Positions 25,894-38,580 of a stretch of DNA of 64,000 nt are shown here, piece by piece. Below the pieces are notes generated by a model, which saw only the letters and a list, made by a program, of their open reading frames with translations, had not been told where the DNA came from and did not search any database. The DNA is taken from assembly GCA_964035545.1 (NCBI GenBank), contig OZ037769.1, forward strand, positions 1,674,001 to 1,738,000, given 5' to 3'. A program made the translations under genes and the position numbers. The number at the start of each line of letters is the position of its first letter. Position 1 is the stretch's first letter. Source of the stretch: Bugula neritina. Lineage: Eukaryota; Animalia; Bryozoa.

Positions 25894-28800
25894 TTTCAAA
25901 GCTTCTAGTCTAACAATAACGAAGTATGGTTTTCAGCAAGCAATTGTTACAAAGTGTTGTGTAACTTTGACATTAGTAGCAGCTGGTACAGCTGTATCCG
26001 TCTAACTCGTAATCCTCACCAATCTCGGCTAGCACAATTAGGGAAATAAGCTACTTTCTCCAACTTTTCCTTTTATATGATAATCGCGCATGTTTTGTGG
26101 TAGGGAATAAGCTACTGTATATTCATCCCAGTGTATAGAAGCGTGTACTTAAGAACAACAAATGCACATGTCATTCTCTTAAATCACGCCCACTATATCA
26201 GTGATAATCCCGCCTGCTAAATGAGTTTTTACATAGACTGGTACACGCGTTTCTACAACACAAACAGATATACATGAGTATAATTGTTAGTAATTCATGC
26301 TTGCGGTGTAACAAAATAGATGTATTAACATGTACTGAGTGCTGGGTTTTTAATTCAATTGATAGAAAGTTATGAATCAAGTGCTAAACAAACGGTGCTA
26401 ATGTTTACAAAACATTAATCTTGTAGGTAGCTCAAGTTTAATTTACATAAAAGATTATTAAAAAGAATAATAATCAAAATTAATTTTTCAGTTCATCGAA
26501 GGTATAATTGGAAGCCGTGTGATTAAACAAGATCACTTATTGGTTACTAAGCTTGCCTCTGCTCTAATGACTCATCCAGTATTTCCTGTCGCAAAATAAG
26601 GTCATTACTTTGGCACAGCATTTCCAATAATTCTGTTTTTTGCTAATCAGTCATAAGGTGTGTTTGAAATAATAGAATTATAGAAAATATGAAAACGACA
26701 TTCGTGGGAGAGTTAAAGCGTAATGGGTGGTGGGTCCGTACCCCAAACCCACAGTTGATAACCTTTGCCATAAAATAAAAACTTTTATCAACCTTTTCCT
26801 GAGAATATAATAAATGAAAAGCTCCACCTACGGTAGCATATTTGAAAAACACCACTATTAATAAGAGCTGTCGTATCTTCAATTTGATTTTTTCATTCAA
26901 ATCTTCCAAACGTTCACATGTGTTTAACTATTGTTAAACCTTGTAATCGTTGCTCAAATAGACCCTAATCAGCACAAAGTCCCCTTTAAACTATTTAAAG
27001 CAGCTTATATTTTAAGTTTGTTTGGCAGTTCTTTTATGATTGCATCTGGCAGAGTTGATGCTATACATTCTAATGAAAAATGATAAAATCATGCAACTGG
27101 GTGTTTTACAAATAGCCCTCAATTGAGTTATTAGAATGGTTTGAAAACAGTTAAATACTAGTAAAACTAACCAATAAAAATAGAGTACTTAATTATCCTT
27201 GCTGCATTTCACAACTGAGCAAAATTAATTATATTTTCAAGGAGACTTAAAAGCTAATATATTAGTTTATGCCTCAGCTATAGTAATATTGAATTATGAT
27301 ATTCATTAGCGTTGGAATGTCAATACATTAGCAGAAAATAAAAGTTTACAAACTTCTTGTGGATATTGTGCAATGAATAATGCTTTAAATGTTCTTCCCA
27401 AATGAGCTGCAACACCGCTAGTTATTAGTTTGGTGATTAAACTCAAAAACTGCAGTAGCTTAGCAACTATAAGCTGAGAAAGAGGGGTCAACTTTAACTT
27501 GAGTAGTATAGTTTCTAGAGCTAAGATTCTTTTTACATATTTCAGCAATTGTTTGCGGTTGTACGTAGTTCCACCCTTTATTTGAGACTTAAGCATTCCT
27601 GAGCAGATTAAAAGTTAACTAGCTTATCTGAGTTAAACATGGGTCATATCTTCTAGTTTACTTTCACAAATTTCTTGTGAATTGTAAAATTCAAATTAAT
27701 TATAACATTGAAAATTATATTCTTATAAATATGAAAAGTGTCTGTTTGCTTTCTACTGCCTAATCACAATTTAAAAACTAACAAAACACTCAACTGCTAC
27801 AATACAATCGTGTAAGTTCGATTTAATTAAAAAAACCTTTAAAAAGTTAGTGGTTGCATTTTTCTAACAATATCTAATAATCTCAAGCATAGCCAAAGTT
27901 CTTCAATACAATGCATAGCCTACAGTTCCTCAGTAAAACACTTTATAGATGTGTGCTAACTTTTCAACGTGGAAACATGGAGTTATCTCTTCCTAACAAT
28001 TTTTAAAATGTAAATATTCTTTCTGTTTACTTATTTAAAATTGATGACTAATGTTACTTTCCCCATAAATATTAACAGTTATCTTAAAGTTAGTGAAATG
28101 AAACTTTCAACTGTTATATACAGGTTTTACGTCGGAAGGCTATTTTTTAGCAATTTATAGCTAAAAAAATACATCTTATGAAGCAATCATCGTATTGGCT
28201 CTTTCTGATTAACATAAAGGATCCATTTTTATCTTTGGCATTCACTGAAACTCACAAGAAGGCTGATCACTTGAAGGTAATATATCAGCAAGCCAAAACT
28301 TCTAGAGATTCTCATAAATTTCTCATTGATTTAAACAGAACTTATACTGATTCTATTGACTGGAGCATATCCGATAACAACTGGACAGTTTCCAAGATAT
28401 TACGCCCAACTTACCAAATCCCAAAAGTTGTTTTTTTAAAATTATGTAATGAGATAAGAATTCCCAAGAAAGAATTGAGCCAAAACTCTGGCGCGTTTTA
28501 CAATCATCAAAATATTATTTTTTCAATATTTATTTGTTAAATTTACATGAATTAAAATGAATGTAAATAACAACTTTTGGCACCTCCCATGACACACGGA
28601 ACTGGGTTCCTCCAGCTGATGGCTCCTAACCGTCTAGAACTCTGTAGAAAATATTTTGCAAGTCATGCAAATTTTGCTACAATCTTCTAAAAAAATTGGG
28701 CTTACAATAACGTTAGGCCGGCTTTATATTTATAGCTTTATTTGTGCTAAATATTGCATACTTTTAGCTTTTGAGCTAACCTAGTGCTAGCTTGCTAGGT

Positions 28801-31113
28801 TGAAAAACATCCTTAATTTTGAATGCAAGTTAGCCTATCAGAAGCTGGTTTATTATCAGATATAATTATTATGTATGTAGATATACGAAGAAATTTAACC
28901 AGTAAATAGCAGAACTTATTTGAAAAAAGTGGATTTTAAAAAAGTGCCTTAAAAAATGCATTTATTAATTAATAATCAAAGCATTTGCTTGTAGATAATT
29001 ATATAGTTAGGTCAATAATGATTGTCACAGTGCTTAAAATGTCTTTAAATGTTGTTTAATCCCATCAAAACAACTTGAAGATGCTTATCATATGTAAACT
29101 TTAGGCTTATAATATATAGCTAGTGTTAGGAAGAGCATAATTGCTTCTGTGCCCCATCTGAATAATTCCGCGGCCCGATTTAAAAAATTCCTTTCTGTCA
29201 GGGATTCTCACAGGAATGGATACTATAAGCTTTAGTTAACAAATGCAACACCTACAAAACCTACAATTATATATTATAAATTACCAATATAGTTTCATAC
29301 TGGAGATATTTGAGCTGCTGCAGTTGTAAACAAACACAAAAGGTATTTTATTACATAACCACATCACGGGACTTCACTATCTGATCATGCATATGCTATA
29401 TCTACACTTCCTTCAGATGCAGTATTAATACTTTAATGGTTAAATTTCTAGCAAACTTCAGTTGATGTTTTATGCTTTATATTAAACACTTCAACAACAA
29501 TGTCAGCTGGTTCTCTGCAGATGTTTGTTCACTGCTCTGAGAAATTTGATTCTGTGGTCCAATAGAGATTCAAAATATTGAAAATGATCATTTAAAGTCC
29601 ATAAGTCTATAATTAAAAGAAGATTTGCATTAATTATTTGTGGTGTAAGGTCTAGTAATGGAGGGAAAATGTTGTGTTCCAGATAATGGAAATGATAAAA
29701 GAAGTTGAAAAGTCCAACTTGCACCTCAAACTAAAGTTCATAAAAAGTGTTAAAAACTTGAGCTAATGAATCTTTCATGTATCTGTTGTAGTTCTGTGAA
29801 GTATTTAGTAAAACCTATATGTTTTACTTATTTCTAATTAAGAATTTGCAGTTGTTTTAAACTCAACACATTCCTTTCAACATTAGTTACAAGAGGGATG
29901 TGATAAATTGTTTTCATTGGTTGAGGGAACAGTTCAAGTACTGGGGATTAAGATGAAGGACTGCTCAGCAATGCCAGAAGTGGGAAAGGGTATTAAAGAG
30001 ATACAGACAGTCATACACACTGAACTTTCCATAATCTCCTTCAACCCAGCTGGATGTTGCCAAAGTTGAACATACCATAGAAGGAAATAAATCAGTTTCG
30101 GTAAAGTTATAATTACATGAGGTCAAAAAGAATTGCGATTTCTGTTGAAGTGAAAAATTGGTTAAAACTTGTTGATAGCCAACAGTTCGGTGCAGACTAC
30201 CAGAGACTTCTCAAGGTTCTGGTTACAAGAAATTACTGGGTATGAGTCAGCAGAATAAGCTACCTCAGCTTAAATAAAGATAAAAAACATATTTTTATCC
30301 CAAATCCTGGTTTTAACAAGTATTAAAATCTTGTCTGGGGAAAGTTAAACGCGTGAAACAAAATTATTTTCCATGCAACTGTTCAAACACACAATTATGT
30401 TGAATCTGCAGGAAAGAAAACTTGCTATAACTGTCAGCTTCTTGTAAGTGTTTTGCTGCCGCGAAAGCAGTAAAATCGTTGAAAAAGTAACTCTAAGTTT
30501 TAGTGAATTAGTAAATAAAAATTATGCAGTGGCAATAAGCTTTTGACCTAGCTTGTGCCCCAAAAGCAGTTGTACTATGCAAACTCTTTTCTTCTAATTG
30601 AGCAATTTTGTTTCAACGGGATCATTTTTAGCCAATTCTAATATTATATACACGATATACACTACAATTTCTAGCATGTTTATGAATCGCTGTATACAGC
30701 ATAGCGTACATGAACTGAGTGTAAGCTACTAGCGATAATAATATCAACTTACTAATTAGCTCACAGACTGCTATTTTAAACCCTATATTGTAATTAAATA
30801 TAGTAATGGGCTAGTAGCTAAACATTCTAGAAAGAACATTAAGTTATTACATTATGTCTAGGTGACAGATTAGGGTTTCATATGTCAATGATGCAGGCGA
30901 TTAACACCGATTAGCACCGCAAGGTATCTCTATGCCAATTAGTAACATATAGCTACATATATTATGGCTAGAGGGAAGGGGGGAGAAGGGGAGAGGGGGA
31001 GAGGAGGGAAGGGGGAAGGGAGAGATAGGATGGAAGGAAGGCACAGAAGGATGACAGAAAACAAGATAGTGCAGTTTTAGTCTCCAAAATCATGTCACTT
31101 CCATAGTCTAAAG

Positions 31114-31240
31114 TATGCATCACATGACCTGTGGCATGTGTCACATAACCTGTGGCATATGTCACATGACCTGTAGCATATGTCACATGACCTGTAGCAT
31201 ATGTCACATGATCTGTAGCATGCATCACATGATCTATAGT
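31114..31240. repeat. 21-bp minisatellite (6 copies)
   Basis: CACAT(G/A) cores at 31121, 31142, 31163, 31184, 31205, 31226; unit TCACATGACCTGTAGCATATG. A purine-rich tract lies just upstream (30970-31065). Confidence 0.9.
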
Positions 31241-34200
31241 ATGTTTCACGTAATTCTTATGGATATAGTCTCACAATATTACCTTATTCAACTTCTTTAA
31301 ATAAACATTTTCCCAGGAAGTTAGTTTTAAGAACAATAAAAATCCTTGAAAATAGCAGCTACAAGTTGCGCAGTTGACGTTTTAAGCAAGGTTTAGCAGC
31401 TGCAAATAATCGCTTTCTATTTTCCCTAATTTTTTTAACGTAGTAGGTCTAAGTATTTGTTGTGTTTTTTGCTTATGACTAAAAATATTACAGTAAACGA
31501 AACAGGGCCAGGTATTAAACACAATGAGTAGATAACTCTCAGTTGGCTGTTACAACATCTTCAGCTAGTATGTGAAGCATTTCTGAACATACCATAAACA
31601 CTTTCTATTATTATAATCAATAAATTCCTACGTGAAACTATTATAGGTTATGGATTTTAGCATAACATCTGTTCAGTGCACTACAAATGTTAAGTTCTTT
31701 ATTAATAAATTTCACTGTAACTGATTGACAGTAAGCTTGTTCATTTTATCAAAAGTATAAATACTAGGTTATTGCTTGTTTCACTAAGATACATTGTATT
31801 GATTCCGTTATTGTAAAAAGTTGCATTAGGCTTGAGTCACTTTAAAATATAATAAGTTGAAAGTAACACATGCTGGCAAACATTGAAAAGTTTAGTAAAA
31901 CCTTTGAACCTAAAGATCTTATTTTAAATTATAGACATCTATAGGGACAGCTAACATCCCGTGGTCTAAATAGCTGACAAATGCCAGCTATGCTGCAATG
32001 TTATAACGAACTAGCATAAAAGTTCATCAGCTTTCTTTTGACTTGTTTCAAGATGTTTGACATGAGATGTAGATACAAGCTTATATAAAGAGTTGTACAT
32101 TGCAAATGAAATATACATAATAATATTGGCATGACTTAGCTTGGTGTTAGTTTACATCATGTACTCAAAATACCAAAATAACATTTATTGGATATACATT
32201 ATATTACCACTAATTAAATTACCCAATCAAATGAACATCTTTACTTCACCAACAACGAATTTCATTTTTAGAAAAAAAGGTAATTTTCTTTGATGTGCTA
32301 TTTAAAGCATATAGTATAAAATTCCATGAAATAATGTTTTATATTATTTATTATAGTTGAAGTATAAATGCAGTAATACAATGTTATATATATAATGTAA
32401 TAAGATGATGTAACAAAGTCTGTATATTTACTCTGCAATACGTTTGCCTTATAAGTTTCGTTTTTGGTGTAGATCTTCAATTTAATGCTGCTTTAAAAAC
32501 AGGAATTTTTTTGTCAGCATGCATTAGGATTTCTTCTAAAAACCACAACAAAAAGCATCAGTTTTAATATATCATAGCTCGTAAATATAATAAACCAACA
32601 AGTATAGCCTCATATCTACCTGATCAAGGATGATTGTGGTGAAGCTTTTCAATCTTCTAGATTATTAAATCATCATTTTATAAGCCTTTCCGCCACCAAG
32701 AACCACGGCGGTGAAAGGTGATCACTATTTTTTATAAAAAGTAAAATAAGAGAGATTAAACTTAAGTTATAAAAACATTGACCTAAACACACTCTATCAA
32801 TCTAATAATTGTTGATTCCAGTTCCTGCCGGGAGTACATTATCCTGTCATGTATGGTGACTGCACACCACAAATATACCTACAAAATAGAATAATGACCA
32901 TGAGCCTAAACCCAAGGTCATTTTAGAGATCATTTGTATTTTTTCTATATCAATGGAAAACTGGAAATAAATAGAATTTGGTAAATATATGAATTATGTG
33001 TACCAAAGGTGAAAAACAGTTTTATGATACCATTTAAAGCATTTCAATTTTTTACAGTAATTAATGAATGTTTTTGACACATTATTAAAATTTGTGCTTC
33101 TACATTGTAGAATAGATTTTTGTAGCATAGAATGAATAAGAGTAATTGTTTGTGCCAACCATTCTGATTGGATGATAAAATGAGATTATATAACTGGCAG
33201 CAGATTACTGACAGCAGACAGTTGAAGTATGTAAAGTATTAAAACTTATAGGAGCAGATCTACAGCCGTGGTTAGACAGTAAATTATAACAAGCTATTTA
33301 CAAAGTATATAAAGTATACGTTGTTGCTGTGAGCTTTTTGGATTAACTTGCTTTTAGTCAAAGTTGGCTAAAAGGAAACAGTTCATATAAAATTTGTGAC
33401 TTTGTGGGTCTTTAAGTGGAACTTGAACAGATGGCTACGTTGTTTTACGACTCCAACACTTAGTTATCTTTCCACTAATCAGCATGAGCCAAAAGTAATT
33501 TATTGTTGCGAAATAGCCATTTAAAATATTTCATGAAAGCTAACACACTGTAATAAAATTAATTTTCATAAAATAAATGATATAAAGATTAGAGTTTAGA
33601 CCTGACAAGAATAATGCAGATTTATAATCTAAATTACTGAGTAAAAGTGAGGATAGGCGCCAAACGTGCTGTAGAGAGTGATGGATGATAACGTAAATGA
33701 TTAGATACGACCATTGAATATTACACATTAGCTGAGGAAATATTCCCATTAAGATTTTATTTTGAATAGATTAAATTACTCTAACAAGTAATAAAACACC
33801 ATAATCTCATTTTATATATGCTTTCAATAATTACTGGCAAGGAATAATGTGATTGGTACTGAGATAACGTCTAGACAGCTCTATCAACAAACACACCAAA
33901 CCTTCATCTCTGCAAAAAATTGAGATCTGATTTTTAGGTTTCACCACCCAGAAACAAATGTGCAATTAACACCTGAAGACATTTTATAGCAGGTTTAAAA
34001 GTTTAAATTTACTGGATAGAGAATAGCATGGAAACATAAGCTAACTTGGGCACATGCAGATACAAAAAATACTTTTATGAAAATATCAGAAAACACTTGT
34101 TGGTGTGTAAGTGAATTTATATTGTGCAGTAATAAAACATGTTATATTTGTCTTACTAAAATTATTGCTTCTACAATAAACCCATACATACTATAACTAT

Positions 34201-35579
34201 ATTAATTACACCACCGTTGCCATAGTTACATATGATATACAAGTATTATGTAACTACTAAATAAAAAGATCAATTGATTCTTCAATATATTTGCCTGAAC
34301 TTTTTAGACCACGGCTAAAACTTGTTTTCAAAAGTATACCACTTTTATTTCTTGAAAGTACCAGAGCTTGTTTGCTGGTTGTTTGCTGACTGATGCTACA
34401 AGTTCAAGGCCATTTGTCTCTCAGTAAGTTATGCGCATTACAATGCAACTTGGCCAAAGTGGACAAAGTAATGTGATTCATTGACCATCTGCACAACCTT
34501 GATGAATGTTACCTTCCGTTTATAATTGTTTACCAAGTCTGCAAGTTTTTGTGGATTATTATGATAATGCGATTAAAATCTGAAATCTAAATTATTGTTT
34601 TTGCGTTTACATGAATAATCTACTGACGGTCAAGTTTTTAAACTGTCTTTTTTATTATGCAATTAATTTAAATCATCGCTGTTGGCTTACCAGATGAAAT
34701 TGGCGGTTTTTAATTCTTCTTCTTGTGCCAAATTTGCTCTAAGCAACAGTATTTTGTTTGGGTAACTTTTACATAATGTCGGATACTGAAGCAACTTATA
34801 GTTGAACTTCCACTTTATTATAAGCATATAAGATGCAATAATAAGCAAATTTTTGACCATTTGGCACTCCATAAAAATACCTGATGCAGTAGTCAATGCA
34901 AGTCCATCGCTCACATGTATATATAATCCATAAAAAAAACTATTGGTGTAGCAATGGCTTTTAAACCTGCATCATTATTTCCAATAATAACTTCACTACT
35001 ATTGTCCTGTATAGGTTTAATAATGAACTCTGTGATGCACTCATTTCATCTACTGTAGTTTAAGTTGACTGAAATGACTGCATTCGCTGTGGGCCATGAT
35101 AATTCAAAAGTTCTTGACAGCATGTCTTAACATGTTTATAGTCTGAGTGTTCCACCACTGGTTCAATAAAACCATATAAACCCAAGTTTTCTAATAAATG
35201 AGTAATAAAAATAATTTTGTGAGTCAGAAAAGTTCTTGGAGTAACAATAACTCTAACTATCAACTTAAAATAACTTAAAACTTCAACTCTGTAACTCACC
35301 ACAATGACTCAGGGATACATAAGATGGTGAACTCAACTCTACAACTGAGATCTACAACCAACTTAGCAATGCATTCTCTCTTTTAAACATTGCAAAGTGA
35401 GGGTTTAGTAAATGTGTGCTGCATAAAGAGAAAAAGATTCCCTTATGATTTTATATACCATGAGGCATTTAAATATGAAGTGATCATATTATCCCACTAG
35501 CTAAAGTTTGAAAAAAGTTCCCCATCACATTAAAATACGTTAAATAGTACAGCTGCATACATGCAAAAATTGTTGGAAA

Positions 35580-35652
35580 GCACACACACGCACACACGCA
35601 CGCACGCACACACGCACACACGCACACACGCACGCACACACGCACACACGCA
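35580..35652. repeat. (CA)/(CGCA) compound microsatellite
   Basis: cacacacacgcacacacgcacgcacg... Confidence 0.95.
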
Positions 35653-37564
35653 TTATTTAGTCTTCAACTTGATAATATGAGTTATGCATTCAGCATATCT
35701 AAAAATTAAAATCAAAGCTTTTACGTATTTAACAAAGCAATACAATCATTTTAGTATCTCACAAAAATAAGGTCCTGCAAATTAATCTTTCTAGGGTAAT
35801 ATAGCAGTTACAAAAAATTGCAAAAATTTCATAATAAAATATTAAAATTTAATTAATAAGTATTTAGAGCATAATATAGGTGCCTGCTTGTCTTGTCAAT
35901 ATGAGATAATTGTGGCTCAAATAACTAATAATTTATTAGATATTTCAGTTGTCAGATTATACAATAACACTGCACTAGCATGACCTTACAGCGTTACATA
36001 AGCTGTATTACCAGTTATGAATTTAATTAGAATTTAATTGTTTAACGTCTGCTTATTTCCGATTGTTTATGTAATAAAGAGATTTATTGGATTTAATAAA
36101 GTGATTTAATAGATTACTACTGAAAGTCCTTGGATGGGAAGATGAATCTATGATGCAACAAGGTATGTAATTAGCAAGAGATTATATAATCTTATGTTCT
36201 TTCTTTGCAAAGTATTGTAATTGTATGTACCAGGTCAATTCATTTTCCTTTCTTATGTTTGAACATATTTCACTTGCCTACACACTCCTTATCAATGCAT
36301 GGTATAATGTTGTGCATTTTATTTATTTAAATATTATTGATTTTTATGCTTTATCCTACTAACTTTTTAAACTGTTATGCTCATTTATTGAAAATCCTGG
36401 AAAAATTTTTAGGCTAAAGCAGCTAAGATTTTGAGGCTATCTTGATTAAAGTCACATGATCATATAGATCTATAGTTACTCTGCTAGGATGAATAAATAA
36501 GATATTATGCTGTGTTTTCATGCATCTAGTTTTTTAAGTTTAAGTTGTTCTGTTTGAGTTAGAAGGTTTCTTACTGGCTCCAGAGAGCAGAATGTGATAA
36601 AATGACTCACATTCTACAGTCAATCAAAAAGTGTATTATTAGAGTTATGTGCTGCTATACTTATTTACAGGAAAACATAACTCACAAAAATCTTTTAATC
36701 AAGTTGAGTTTACGCAATATTATTTTTCAGGCATCAAATTGAAAAACAACATGTAAATATTTATTTATTTTTCTAAATACTGTTAATATAAAGTACATGT
36801 ATAGCAATTTTGAATTAGTATATCTCTTATTGTGATTTAGTGTAATTGTAGAAAAATTAATATATGAGCCACTTACTATTATTATTTTTATTGTCTTAGT
36901 CTTAACATTAAAGAAAATATTATGTTATTTAAATAACACTATATTTTTATGTGTAATAAAATTTGTTTGAAGTGGTAAAGCTTCTATTTACACATAGTGC
37001 TAATTGTGATTGTCAATGCCATTAGCTTTCCATTACATTAGTACGAGTATAATTAGCATATATAAGTTTAAATTCTGGTACATGCGTATGCAAGTGCATT
37101 GTTTTCAAGGTCTCCTATACATTATCCAAGGTGTATCTTACAGATTATTTTATTCTTATTGTTACAACATGCCTACTCTAATGACATCAGTGATTATATA
37201 TTAAACATGCATACATTAACACTGCGTCCATACCTCTGATATAAAAATTATGCAATCTTTATAAAGCTCATCCAGTTATAACAAGTTCTACTATACCTTC
37301 GGGCAGCATATAATATGCTAATTTGCATTCTTTAAAATACTAAAGTTTAGGGTAACAAAATAATGAAATTTGTAACATTTTTTGAATAAACGTACGTAAT
37401 TCAACTTTCTAAAGTCTAAAGAGAAGATAACTGCTAAGTTTTCTTTTCACACAATATAGTTTATAGCTGATAGTGACTCTACTTCCAGGATATGTCTAGA
37501 CTGCATATGTAGTTGTGAGCTGATAGAGATATTAACACTTTTCCAGTTCAGTGATTTTAACTAT

Positions 37565-37714
37565 GCACACCCCCTCACCTGTACGCACTTCACCTGTATA
37601 CACCCCTCACCCGTACACAAAGGTACACTACTCAGTACTCACCCATGTGCTACTCACCTGTATACCTGTATACTACTCACCTGTACACTACTTACCTGTA
37701 TACTACTCACCTGC
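37565..37714 (-). repeat. ~15-bp tandem array of splice-donor-like units (CAG|GTGAGTAGTATA on minus strand)
   Basis: Minus strand ...ATGCAG GTGAGTAGTATACAG GTAAGTAGTGTACAG GTGAGTAGTATACAG..., decaying away from 37711. Confidence 0.8.
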
Positions 37715-38580
37715 ATAACGAAAACTCTTGGCTTTTCTAGCTGTGTAATAATAGTCGTTTAAATGCAAAAATTTGAAAATTTGTGCCTAACTATATATAC
37801 AGCATGCGATGGTGATTTTTAAACTTTTGCATGTCAGTTGTTTTATTAAATGTGCATATCTATTATACAATGTTGGTGCAAAACTCCACTATAAGTTACT
37901 TGACGAGTTTAGAAAAGGTGCACACTTACATTAGTATATAATATCAAATAATTTGTGACTGCACTATATAACATCATAACTTCTAAGATCAGCTTTGAGT
38001 ACACTTGCTTTATTTTATGTAAAAAGAATTGGCTCAGTGGTAGTTTGACTAACATAGAACCTAAAGACTAAACAGTATTCGATATACGAATGAATAAAAG
38101 TGATTCTGATAAACTAGAGAACAGTAATATAATATTTTCACAAATAAAATATGCACAAAAAGGATTGAGCAAAAAATAATTGTGTTACGCAAATAATATA
38201 AACAAAAGCAATGCATAAATCATCACCCATACTTCTCATAGCTGATAAAAGAAATTGCCTGAGTATAAAAGTGAAGATAAAATAAATAAATAGCTATAAT
38301 TGTATTAATAATTCCCAGTCTATTATTAGTTTTTCTGCTATTAGCACCACAATAGCATAAAAAGGCAAAATTTAAACTATAATATACCGTTATGTACAAG
38401 TAAAATAGGAGATGAATACAACCTTTGCTTTATTTGAATTTGGTTTGTTATAATATAAAATAATTATAAAGCTAGTCTATGTAGAGTATGGATCATAAAA
38501 CTGCAAGATATGGATTATATTATCTTGTTAATACATTTAATAGAATATAATATATATTTGGCTAAATAAATGAGGTAGCA

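Noticed and set aside
28178-28540. 120-aa plus-strand ORF
   Set aside because: No recognisable motif or supporting exon structure; likely chance or a decayed TE.
30670-30920. Possible inverted-repeat element
   Set aside because: Arm similarity too weak to support by eye.
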